A stretch of DNA of 51,750 nt, taken from Girardia tigrina. Taxonomy: Eukaryota. Numbering within the stretch: the first letter of the stretch is position 1; each line of letters begins with the position of its first letter. The notes under the pieces were generated by a model. The model was not told the origin of the DNA. It made no database searches and saw nothing but the letters and a program-made list of their open reading frames with translations. The DNA lies in the NCBI GenBank assembly GCA_001938485.1, contig MQRK01246051.1:1-51750 (forward strand), given 5' to 3'. This document shows, in pieces, positions 36,905-49,404 of the stretch. A program made the position numbers and the translations under genes.

Positions 36905-37335
36905 CATTGTGTAATATTTTGTTTATTAATAAATTCAAGCAGTAGAATATCAATGCTAATAAAATTTTGAAAACAATTGCTATTATTAATTTATTATTTC
37001 AAATAATATTAAAATTTAATGATTCATTAAATAAATTTACAAATCAAAATTTATTTTCGAAAGAAATTAAAGCGTCATCGTTCATAACGAAAATCAGATT
37101 GATGTTATTCAATTTTATTTTATTTACAAAATAGTACTTATATTAGCTATTTACAAATTATAAGTAGTATATTATGTAGTATATATTTTTTACAAATACA
37201 TCAAATCAAAGTAGAGCTTGGGTTCAAATACATTTGAATAACATTTATTTTTGTGTATAAATTTGACGAAAATTATTTATTATTTTTATATAAGTTTTGA
37301 TAAAGATGGAGGAAATATTTTTATGTTTCTTATAA
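36905..37335 (-). promoter_or_regulatory. Conserved upstream region of vault-like genes (paralog ~45740-46170) with an opposite-strand B-box-like motif
   Basis: Near-identical 5' flanks of copies C and D; caaagtagagct(t/c)gGGTTCAAAT about 303 bp upstream in both. Confidence 0.45.
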
Positions 37336-37535
37336 ACAAAGTATTGGGTTCGCGATTAAAATTCAAAGTGATAATTTGCAAACTTTATTTCTAATACAAC
37401 TTTTATTACTCAAACAAATTTATGAGGAACAATATTTCAGTTACATAAACCAGATTTTGAAACTCAAAATATAAATAATAATATTGATGTATATATATGT
37501 TATTTTATTCAAATCATATTTTGTTTTTTTTGCTT

Positions 37536-38542
37536 TTATTTTGCTGGAGATATCCCTGTGGTTGCCTGAATTGTGCTATTTAGCATAAACTCTATTTCTG
37601 GCAGGGTTTCCGACCAATCTTTGTGGACCTCGTCTTTCATCCGTATATTCATGTCATCCCTAATTGTTCTGAATTGTCTCTCAACAACCCCATTGGTATT
37701 GTGGTGGTAAGGACTGGAATATACTATCTCAGCTTTAAATTTATTTGCTGTTTCTTTAAAAAGGGCTGATTCGAATGTTTTTCCTCTATCGACATGGATT
37801 TCTTTTGGTGGTCCGTGTTTCCAAATCCATTTGTCTAGTAAGACCTTTCGCACGGTTCTCTCGTCTTGATGAACTACTGCGTTCAAACTGATGTATCTGC
37901 TAAATTGATCGATTATCGCTAGTATGTATTGACATCNNNNNNNNNNNNNNNNNNNNNNNNNNNNNNNNNNNNNNNNNNNNNNNNNNNNNNNNNNNNNNNN
38001 NNNNNNNNNNNNNNNNNNNNNNNNNNNNNNNNNNNNNNNNNNNNNNNNNNNNNNNNNNNNNNNNNNCAACTTTGCACAATTTCTTTTACCGTTTTTCTCA
38101 TATCTTCCATATCGAAATCATCCTTCAAATAATTATAAACTTTCTTGCTACCAGCGTGACACAGCATCTTGTGTATTTCTTCCACCAATTCAGTCCTTTT
38201 ACCTTTCGGAATCCAGTATTTGTTATCCATTGTCGTTACGATATCATCTTTCAGTAACCATTTCTTTGTTTTCCCAGTTTTGATATCTGATCTAATTTGT
38301 TTTANNNNNNNNNNNNNNNNNNNNNNNNNNNNNNNNNNNNNNNNNNNNNNNNNNCATCGTCTAACGCTAGGATTCTTGTTTTAACTTTACCCTTCTTAGC
38401 TTCCTCATGCATAGTTTGACATTGTACACACATTTCACAGGAATTTCTCGACATTGCATCGGTGTTAGAGTGTATTTCACCTTTCCGGTATTCCATTGTC
38501 ATATCCAACCCACTTAGAAAATTTATCCAAGTTTGAAATTTA
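37536..38542 (-). pseudogene. Gypsy pol fragment (RNase H end plus integrase), gapped
   Basis: DAMSR, IHKMLCHAG, YILAIIDQFSRY, IHVDRGKTF, SSPYHHNTNGVVERQFRT. Confidence 0.9.
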
Positions 38543-39663
38543 CAAACAATTTTTACAATGTTTATTAATTTGGAATATAAATTTAGATCTTTAAAATTAT
38601 TTTAATGGACATGTTCTGTAAAAATTCAATTCCTAAATTATTTTTCTTTACTTTTAAAAATTCAATTATAAATAATTTTTAATGCGAATTTCCGTTGACA
38701 ATTAAATTCAATAAACATTATGATTTTTATTTTAGAACTAGATTTTAAAATATTCAATAAATTATATTTTTTTAATAAAACTTTCCATTGACAATTAAAT
38801 TTAATAAAATTTTATGATTTTTTATTTAAAGTGTTACAAGATATATCAAAATTTCTTTACAAATATTCTTTTACTCTGAAAGTGTTATTTTAATTGTGAT
38901 TTTTAAACCTAATTTTTTATCAAAGTTCTTTCGATTTAATTAATAAAATATTATCATTACACTATACTTTTTATAAAATTTATTTTATTTTAATTAGTAA
39001 AAATATTATATTTTATTATTATTATTAAATTTTTATATATAATTTCTTTCAATAGTTCTTTCAATTTAATTAGTAAAATAATATTTTTTAATTTATCTCA
39101 AACATAATTATGATTTTTAATTTAAAAATAACAAAAATTTTCAGTTTACCAAAAAGAACTCCTAACAAAAAGAATAATAATCATTTTCAAAATTATATAA
39201 TTTGACATTGAGATATTTTCGGTAGTTTCGAGAAGGTTGAAGACGAATAAGTAGTTTCGGTAAAATGGAGCTCTAAATGGAGCACCTTTGGAGAATACTG
39301 TATTGCAAGTATAATGCAAGAATAATGTATTGAAATACTGAAACGGAGAAGATAGCGGTATTTGCATGGGCTGCGTGAATGACATAGAGTTTTAGGGTTT
39401 TATGATTAAACGACTAATTATTGAGACATTTAATTGTTTTATTTAAATGTGGTTGCAGTTTGCAAAACATGGACCTATTAAATAATACCTTTTAAATTAA
39501 TCGTACAAAGTTTTTTTCGAAATTCACTTCCTCAGACAAGACATTTGTAAGTAGGACACATTTTAACGTTGCATTTTTATGATTTTGGCGAGTTTTCTGG
39601 CACTATTTAAATTTAGGGACTGGCAGTCCTCATCTCTTAAATGGTAGCTGATCAATTGCACAG

Positions 39664-40610
39664 GGGTCCATGCCGATAGTATTATGAGATTTGAGGAGAC
39701 GTGTGGATTCTCCAATGATAGAACTACAAATGACAGCGATCAGTTTTGTCTTTCTTCCTAAGAAAAAGATAATTCAGAATTTGAAGATATACCCTTGAAC
39801 CTTGCTATAATAGTATCAAAAAGGGTGAGAATAAAGTGCGTTTAAAGGCGATTTGCGATTTTTGAATTCTCAAATTTAGGAAATGATAATGATGTCTCTT
39901 TTTCCCGTGTTAACCGGTCGTCTTTCAGTGTGAGTTTGGAATATGTAGCATCGGTATCGATAAATTCTCATTATCAATTTTTATTAAGTGACTTTAATTT
40001 TAAGCTGACTAGCGTTATGACTTTTTAAAATCTGTTTTCCTGGACGTAAAATAATGAACTTTAGCATATCTAGAACGAATATATCTTTTATTTCGATTTT
40101 AATCAAAATTTATCAAAATCTTTGTATTTGTACATAATTTTATTATAATCACGATAGCATGTGTTTATGTCTGTACATTCGTGTTAATAAATTTCAGATG
40201 AATATACTTGCCACTTTTGTACGTCATATAAATATTTTCCTTGGCCTTCACAGTCCTTTAAGTTTCAATGTTTGATCAAGGAACATCAATAATCAAGTTT
40301 TGATCACCCGTTGCATTTTAAAGCTTTTTTTCGCCTTTTAACAACTCGATTCGGTTAGTGCTGATAGGAGATTATGATACACATGAGCGTTGAAATGTTG
40401 GTTGGAAAACACGTCGAGACGAACACAGTAGATATACAGCTGCAGAGATTATTTAACTGATCACGATACTGACACAAAACGGAATATGTAAGAACAGCAA
40501 ATTTTTCTCAGGAGTTCCATCTTGCATTGCTGAGACAGGGACGCTTTCACCATTTAATGATGAGTAACATGCCACAAGCCTTATGTAATTTAAAGGCTTC
40601 ACAAATTTCA
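39664..40610 (-). mobile_element. Degenerate DNA-transposon remnant, paralog at 47812-48716; superfamily uncertain
   Basis: Two co-linear ~0.9 kb copies; copy 2 reads VIDVPQSNIVVERAVKTMKNIY. Confidence 0.5.
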
Positions 40611-40615
40611 AACAG

Positions 40616-40662
<47 letters not shown>

Positions 40663-40764
40663 AGGACATGGATTATTGTGTATGTTTCGGAATATCTTTT
40701 ATTCATCACCAGCAATCACATTTGCTAGTTATTTTTTTAATGTTACTGATCGTAAAATTTAAAT

Positions 40765-41220
40765 TTGATTATCGACTCGGAGAAAATTATAACAGTTTCT
40801 GAGAATTCCCAGTGGCGCCGGACAGATGATGACATGGTCGGAGTAGCGTTAATGTCACTTTCATTATCAATAAATTTAAAGCTCATAACTCAACACCAAA
40901 ATTTTATTAATATCACAACTAGAGATTTTCAAACAAATTTTCGTTTCGCCCGAAAGAAAATGTAGCGTGGTCGATGCACTCTACTCTTTTCGTTGAGTAA
41001 CCAATCTGGAATACATCTCAAAAGTTCCTACTTCTTGTGAGATTGAAACCACAATATTCCATTTCATTAGACAATTAAAATTCTTGGTCCTAATGAGGAT
41101 CGGTTTTCATTCAAATATAATTAGTTGACCGTAAAATGCGTCTTAGACCATGTCATCATCTGTCCGGCGCTACTCGGAATTCTCAGAAATTTTTATAATT
41201 TCCTCCGAGTCGATAATCAA
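40765..41220. mobile_element. MITE/foldback with ~75 bp inverted repeats
   Basis: ttgattatcgactcggag...ccggacagatgatgacatggtc (40765-40839) mirrored at 41146-41220. Confidence 0.65.
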
Positions 41221-41460
41221 TGGAATTATTCTTTTTTGAAAATTGATGATCAAAGGCTTCATTGAAAGTGTCGTCAACGGACTCGCGATAAACGTATCGT
41301 CTGAGATTCTGTTTATTTGACGAATAATATGATCTCATTGTAATAATTTATTTTCATCAAAAGGATCATTATCCGAATAAAATATTTTTCTTAATTTCTT
41401 AACTTCAATCAATTTTTTCGATAAATTTATATGCAAAGACTCGTACTTAAAATGTTTATA

Positions 41461-43678
41461 GAGTTATTCATAATTATATACCCATCTATTGAAAATTATA
41501 TACACAATATTAAAAATTTTTATTAACCTTCCAGCGGGCGCGCTGAATAACATCACTGGAGCGGGCGCTTGTCGTAAATTTTACGTCATCAAGTTTTCTT
41601 CATGTAAATGGTGTTTTCTTTATATAAATGTAAGGGAATTGCTNNNNNNNNNNNNNNNNNNNNNNNNNNNNNNNNNNNNNNNNNNNNNNNNNNNNNNNNN
41701 NNNNNNNNNNNNNNNNNNNNNNNNNNNNNNNNNNNNNNNNNNNNNNNNNNNNNNNNNNNNNNNNNNNNNNNNNNNNNNNNNNNNNNNNNNNNNNNNNNNN
41801 NNNNNNNNNNNNNNNNNNNNNNNNNNNNNNNNNNNNNTGTAAAGGATTGACAACGGCAACACTTCCTTGATGCTGAGGATCTTTTTTTCTCCAGTGCACA
41901 TGACCGACAGACACCGCGTTTTGGAGGGATTCTTTCTTCTTCTGTTGTCGGTTCAACTTCCCAACGTAATTCACTTTGAGAAAAGCAGTTATATCTTGCG
42001 GTAAATGTTTGACATTTGACCTGAAGATAAGATGCTCTTTCATCATGGTCAATGCCAAATTTTTTAGAAAAATTCTTCTATACTTTGGATCTTTTTCTGG
42101 GCATGCAAATTTGTATAAAATTTGATGGAACGTGTCTAAAATATATAAAAAAATACGTTTAGCAATAAAATGAACTATATAAACGAGAAATAAATAGAAA
42201 AAAGTTGTTTATTGAATGTACTTACATGTTTTATGATATGGTAGGCGCGTGTTGTAAAATTTACGCTCAACGGAAATTCCCAAATATCAATGAATAACAA
42301 ACTTCTAAGCACACTCGATACGTCTGTAGTTTAGAGAGACACTGACCTTCGAATAGGTTGGAGCTCGCCGCTTATAACTAAGTGGTATAAGAAGGGGAAG
42401 CTATAATGCGCATTTGTCGTAAATTTTACGACTGCGCGCCCGTTAGAAGGTTAATATATTTTTAGACTTTACACCTTATTAAATGCCTAGAAAAGAAAAC
42501 TATTACAAAAGATATTTACGATCTAATTATTTCCATGAGTCAAAACCAAAGCCACTCAAAAAAATATATTTGCGAAATTTTGAATCTCGATCGTAAAACG
42601 GTTAGGAAACAAATACAAAATCACGAAAATGGGAAAGAATTCGTGTCATCATCAACCATGATGAGGGAAACATGCCGAATAAAACAGAATACTTTTAATA
42701 ATATCGATCAATTGATATTTAATTCAGTTTCTTGTAATAATAGTCTGATTCAGAATGAATTAGCTAAAATCATTGAGAATCATGAAAATATAACAATATC
42801 GCAACAAACAATATCGAGAAAGTTATCCAAAATGCAAATAAGTAGAAAATGGCTCACTTTAGTGCCAAAACAAAGAAATACAGAAGATAAAACAGACATG
42901 CGATCAATTTATGCATGCGAACTCGGTAGAATCTCGGATTCTAATCTTGTTTTTCTCGACAAAACGGGATTTAATTAACACACGACAAGATCCTTTGGAT
43001 ATTCACTCGTAAATACAAAGGCACATTTAAATGTAGATACCAACAAAGGAAAAAATATTAACTTGATGTGCGCCATTGACGATTCAGGCTTATTGTTTTA
43101 TCAATATAAACAAGGTTCGTTTACATCAGAAACCTTTATTGAGTTTTTGAATAATGGTTTTGGCAGTTATCTAAAGGCAAATCCAGTTAAAATACTTATA
43201 ATGGACAATGCTGCCATTCATAAATCCGCACTCTTAGCTCAATATTTTCAAAACAGAAATATTCGAGTAAAATATACAGTTCCATACTCCCCGGAATTAA
43301 ATCCAATCGAAGAATTTTTTTCGATGATAAAATCTAGATATCACTCGGCCAGAAATACTAACAGTGAAATATGTATTGGGGCTACATTAGACTCGATTTT
43401 ATGTTCGAGACAGGATTATTCGCAGGAATGTCGAAACTTTTTTATAAATATGAGAAGATGGCTAGAAAGAGCTAGAAGAAGAGAAGATTTTATTTAATTA
43501 AATTCTTGGTAAAATTAATAATTATTATCCGTTTGTCGTTTTAAGATATCTTTGTTCAATCTTAATTAAAAAATAATTTAATAATATTTATTTTGTCTAT
43601 AATATTAATAAATGGGTATATAATTTTGAATAGATGGGTATATAATTTTGAATAGATGGGTATAATTATGAATAACCC
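41461..43678 (+). mobile_element. IS630/Tc1-like DD34E transposon, nearly intact transposase (~42482-43497), containing a nested piggyBac
   Basis: TIRs g(a/g)gttattcataattat..acccatctatt with TA flanks; LDKTGFN*, IMDNAAIH, YSPELNPIEEFFS. Confidence 0.9.
41527..42450 (-). mobile_element. Non-autonomous piggyBac derivative
   Basis: TTAA TSD (41523-41526/42451-42454), TIRs CCTTC(CAG/TAA)CGGGCGCGC; residual C-terminal coding RRIFLKNLALTM and GVCRSC..KCCRC. Confidence 0.85.
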
Positions 43679-44309
43679 TATATTTTTTAATTTAGTTCAA
43701 ACATTACAATTCATTATATTATGTTACCGCAAATTCATATATTAAAACAATTTCTTAAACAGCAATTTAATCATTTTACATTTAATAAATTACCAAAAAA
43801 ACTCGAAGAAATTCACATATTAAAATTCAGACTTTATGAAGATAAAAAAATAGAATACCGAAATAACAATCCAAACATAAAATTAAATCAATTTAAAAAT
43901 TATTTCTAAATAAAGACTTTATATTTCTATATTCTATTTCTATATTTCTATATAGAAATATATAAGACTTTATATTTCTATATAAAGACTCAATATTTTT
44001 AAAAAACAAACAATTATTCGGTCAGTTTCGTGGAATGGTTCAAATGACAATTTAGTCCCATCTCACCAGAAATTAGAAACCAAAAAATTAATTTTGATTC
44101 CCAAACAGTTATTTTTTATTAAGTTATTTTTAAAGGGGAAATTTATTTATTTATTCATCTTAATTCAAGATATTATTGGATAATAATAAGAAAATGCTTA
44201 ACAAATTTTCATTAGAGATTTTTCGATTTGAAACGGGTTTACTTTCAATGTTTATTAATGAGTTGTATTGTCTAATTAATAATGATTAAAAAAACTACCA
44301 CTCATAGTG

Positions 44310-44700
44310 TGAATCAAAGCCCTTCTGTAAAACAGAAAACATACTTTGAAACAGAAGAGAACGCTTTTGTTTCTGCTTTTCATTTAACTCATGTGTAATC
44401 TACATATCCAACTTTTTCACTTTACTAATTCGAGCAAAGCAATTTAATAGTACTTTCTTTGTAAGAGCAAACGTTAACTGTTATATCATGTCAACTTTGT
44501 GACAGATCCGACTCCACGGTTACCTTTAGTTCATCATTGTCTACCTGCGTTATTATGTAACTGCTATCGATTAACAAATTCATAATTTTTATCATTTTAA
44601 TCGCTTCAGAGTTGATACTTTTAATATACAACTGGAAATTGTTATCTAATCGAACTAGTTTGGATGATACAATAACACGCCTGTTAAGATGAGAATTTTA
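44310..44700 (-). pseudogene. mariner N-terminal remnant
   Basis: rc VDNDELKVTVESD, KVKKLDM*ITHELNEKQK. Confidence 0.6.
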
Positions 44701-45202
44701 ATATGTATTTTTGTGTGTTTCAACCAAGGGCGTAGCCAGGATTTCGTTTCGGGGGGATTATGATGAACACACCACACTTTCAGCCAGACTCACTCCAGTC
44801 CACACACAAATACAATCACTCGTTCTCACACATACACATAATCATACCTTTAAGGATTTTATTGTTTTGTAAAATACCTTTTCAATATTGTTTATGGTTT
44901 AGTAAGAATGAAGAGAGCCTGGATACGGACGTTACAATGTATTTTACAGTCATTTTAAGGAATAAATAATTTAATATTCATAATATTGATTGCATTCGGA
45001 AATAGATAAAATAGCTAAGTTAATATTTAAAGCTCAAGTCATCGTTGGGAATGATTAAATTCTTCCAGTACTTCATCAGCACTGACTGAAACTTCCCAGT
45101 GGATTGGCAGCATATCCATTTTGTCCTCAATGTTTGTCTGAGGTTTCGGTATTTTTTTGAGGTATCTAAAGTTTTTATGCTATATAAAACCTTTATGTCA
45201 AA

Positions 45203-45388
45203 TATTACTTTTTTCGAGTGTTAGTCCTTGCGGTGTCCTCCCACATTGACAAAGCCACACACCCTCATAGGGCCGAATCTGTTCCTAATTGACCTTTTTA
45301 TTAATGTTTTCATAAATTTACAAATTAATTACATTGAATGATATTATCTGATGTCATCCGTTACTCTAAAACATTGACTTCAAGCTGT
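45203..45388. repeat. Unidentified structured two-copy element, copy 2
   Basis: Paralog of 30321-30517; lies ~250 bp 3' of vault-like copy D. Confidence 0.75.
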
Positions 45389-45642
45389 AATAAATATTCA
45401 GTTTTAAGATAAATTAGTAATAATGTGGAAATGTTACAAAATAGTGGTAATATAGAAACATCAACCTGAATCAATTAATTAAGAAATTGAAATTCTCTGA
45501 TAATAAAGACGCAAAACAAGAGAGAAATTATTAAAAAATATTAAATACACTTTAAAGGCGAAAGAAGTGAACAAAGAGTACAAACTTTTTATTTGAATAT
45601 TTATTTATATATTAAATTTACCAAAAAAATATTAATGAAGGC

Positions 45643-45734
45643 AAAAGACAGGGTCGCGTCTGTGGTTTACTCAATGGAGACATTGTTTCACTAGAAATGA
45701 TTTCGTTAGAAGTAACCGCCAGACTATGCCTGTC
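45643..45734 (-). ncRNA. Vault RNA-like Pol III gene, copy D
   Basis: rc GACAGGCATAGTCTGGCGGTTACTTC...AAACCACAGACGCGACCCTGTCTTTT; A-box TAGTCTGGCGG. Confidence 0.7.
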
Positions 45735-46379
45735 ACAACCATTTGTAATATTTTGTTTATTAATAAATTCAAACAGTAGAATATCAATGCTAATAAAATT
45801 TTGAAAACAATTGCTATTATTAATTTATTATTTCAAATAATATTAAAATTTAATGATTCATTAAATAAATTTACAAATCAAAATTTATTTTCGAAAGAAA
45901 TTAAAGCGTCATCGTCCATAATGAAAATCAGATTGATGTTATTCAATTTTATTTTATTTACAAAATGGTACTTATATTAGCTATTTACAAATTATAAGTA
46001 GTGTATTATGTAGTATATATTTTTTTACAAATACATCAAATCAAAGTAGAGCTCGGGTTCAAATACATTTGAATAACATTTATTTTTGTATATAAATTTG
46101 ACGAAAATTATTTATTAATTTTATAAAAGTTTTGATAAAGATGGAGGAAATATTTTTATGTTTCTTGTAAACTGTATACAAAAGAATAATAATCATTTTC
46201 AAAGATGTATAATTTGACATAGAGATATTTCCGGTAGTTTCGAGTGATCCATTGTTTAACAGTTTTATGGTTTTATGATCTTGAGTCTCGAGTTATGACT
46301 TATTTTTGATAATATTCAAATTTAAAAACGTTTAGTCTTTATCTTTTTAATTGTAGCTGACCTTTCGATCCATTGCATT

Positions 46380-47793
46380 TACCATACTTTTTACTTTGAA
46401 AAGGAGAGTTGTATTTTTCAATGTGAAAATAGTAACTTTTTAATTGAGAATAGAAAAAATATAAGCTATATTTAACGAAAAAATACAACTATGTTTTATT
46501 AAAACTTCATGTCAAACATGTTAATAGCACCAACAACTTTTCTTTGAATTTTCGCAACAAAGTTCGGGCACATTCTTCATTCCTTCTTCCATAAATTCCT
46601 CGAAAGCACGAAAAAGATAGTCTCTAATAACTAAGTTTAGATTGGTCGCAAGATTTCAATGGTTCGCACTGCTAAAAGCCTTTTGACAGTCGATTTTGCG
46701 ACAGACCATATTTTCTTCATTGGATTAAACATATGACTGTAAGGTGCCAATCTCAAGAGGATATTTTCTCTGAATTTATCTTCACAGAATACATTTTCGA
46801 GTTGTGATTAGTAGGTTGTATTATCGATAACCATAATGATATGGTTTCCAAATCTACTCGCGCTAACTCGTAGACACTGATTCATCCATTCGTGTGTCTG
46901 ATCTCCACGAAATGAAAATCTTTTCGACTCATAATAAATGAGACCGATGCTATTCATACAACCTATTGTATTTATGTTAATTCTCTTTGAACCATCAACA
47001 GTCGTGGTACATCTGGTCCTTTTCTGAGAACGACCTTCTCTTCTAGAAATAAGTACACTGTAATTTGTTTCATTCATAGAGTAGATAGGAAGATCTCTAA
47101 CCTGAAATATTAAAAGCCGTTCTACAAACTTATTTCGTTGAAGCTTGTTCTCAGGATTATTAGCACTTTCAGGTTCAAATCGAATATCTTTGAGGGTGTC
47201 GGTTAATAAATCTAAGTGTATCAAAATGCTTGTCTTAGTTAGCATTAAACCATACTTTGCCCCAAGACTAGCTCCAATCTCCTGCAGGATAATCCTCGGC
47301 TTTGACTCAATAAGACTGATCATGAACATTCCCACATCTGCAAGCTGTTGATTCAGGTACGGGTAGTTCTCCTGCTAAATTGAGACAATCACCAAAGGAA
47401 GCTTGTACGGCTACAATCCTTATCCTTTTAAGTGTGACTTGTTTCCTGTCATTTTCTGTCCTTTATGGTATAGGATACTAAAACATTGAAATATTATTGA
47501 TTTTAAATTAAGAATAAATTAAATTTTAAATGAAGAGTATAACTTCAGGAATGTGCATGAAATTTTTTGCAGAAATTTCAAAGAAAAGGTGTTGGTGCTA
47601 TTAACATGTTAGGCATGGAGTTTTAGTAAAACATTGCTATAATTTTTGTTAAATATATCTTGAAATTATTGTTTTTTAGTTTAAAACTAGTTTATTTTCA
47701 ATTCTTACTTTGATAGTTACTTTTCTCACAATGAAATTTACTCTTCTCACATTGAAAGTTACTATTCCCCCAGTGAAAGCAAAAAGTTATAGT
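46380..47793 (-). mobile_element. IS630/Tc1-like transposon with long (~200 bp) TIRs, degenerate
   Basis: Inverted arms 46380-46560/47565-47793; ORF 46808-47335 NETNY..SRREGRS, VIDNTT; LAPYSHMFNPM. Confidence 0.8.
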
Positions 47794-49404
47794 TGTTCGA
47801 CCCACCAGAAAGGTCCATGTCGAGAGTGATATGAGATTGGAGGAGACGTGTGGGTTATCGAATGATAGAACTGCAAATAACACTTATCAGTTTTGTCTTT
47901 CTCCCTATGAAACAGTCAATTCAGAATTTGTGGAGATGCACTTAAACCTTTCTGTGTTAGAGTCAAAAAAGGAGAGAATAAAGTGTGCTTCAAGGTGATT
48001 TGTGAATTTTGAATTCTCAGTGTGAGTTTGGATTATCTAGAATCGGTATCGATAAATTCTTATTCGTTTCGATGTACAAATGTTAGAGATTCTCCATTAC
48101 CCCAGAATCATTATAAATTTTAATACAGTGACATTGGTGTAATGCTGACTAGCGTTATGAATTTTTTAAAGTCTGTTTTCTTGGGGTTTCAAATGACGAA
48201 TGTTAACCCATCTATGAGGAATATATATTTTAATTTGATCACCGTTACAAAACGTTCGCAAGCCAAATACAAAATGAATTACCAAGTAAAACTTATCAAC
48301 TTATCAAAATCTTTGTTTTTTACCTTATGTAAATATAATTACGATAGCGTATGTTTATGTGAACATTCATGTTAATCGATTTCCGATGAAAATATTTGTC
48401 TCTTTTTCGTTTCATATAAATGTTTTTCATGGTCTTCACAGCTCTTTCAACTACAATGTTTGATTGAGGAACATCAATAACCGAGTGTTTGTCATTTAAA
48501 GGCATTTAACAGCTTTTTTCGCCTTTTAACAACCAAATTAGGAGAGTGTTGATAGGAGATTATAATATAAATGAGTGTTGAAATGTTGGTTTTAAAACCA
48601 CGTTGAGTCTAAAACAGAAGATATAAAGCTGCACAGATTTTTTTACTGATCCCGATACTGACACAAAAGAAAAAAGTAAGAAGAGCAAATCTTCTATAAA
48701 ATTGAAAGGCTCCACACATTATTTTGTTTAAGTAAATTGCTGAGGAACACTTTTTTTTATTTTACTTGCACAAACCAATAATATCAAATTGTAAATATAA
48801 ATGTAGTTTAATTAAATGCAAATGTTATTATTTTTAAAATTTTGTATTTTATTTAATTTTGTATTTTTTCAACTATAAAATTTTAATAAAAACGCTTTCC
48901 GAATATTTTATTATTAATATTTGTAGTGATGCCATTCCTCACCACATTCAATTAACTGAATACGACACTGTTTTGGATGCTGGGATAAGAATAGGAGGAT
49001 AACTGCAACTTTTTCGGATTTAAATGTTGAAAATATCTTCGGTAATATTCTGCCTTGAGTGTTGTTTAAGTAAAGATCAGGTAAAAAAATTGTCTTTGGA
49101 TAAATATCGGATAGAGTAAATAACAAAGAATTACTTCGGATCGATTTATCGATTTTGAATTTTTTTAATTTTTCATGCTTAGTTAGCACTGGTTATCTAT
49201 TTTAAACAAAGATGATAATTCTAAATCTAATTTCATTTAATTTTTTTCTTTCAACAAAATACTTCTTTTCTAATTTAATTCTAATTCTACGTTATACGTT
49301 CTAACACGTTGATAATTAAAAAATATCCTCTGTTTACCAAGGGATCGTGACGAAATTTTATACAAAATGAGGGGTCGTACATCAAAATAGTTTGAACACC
49401 GCTA

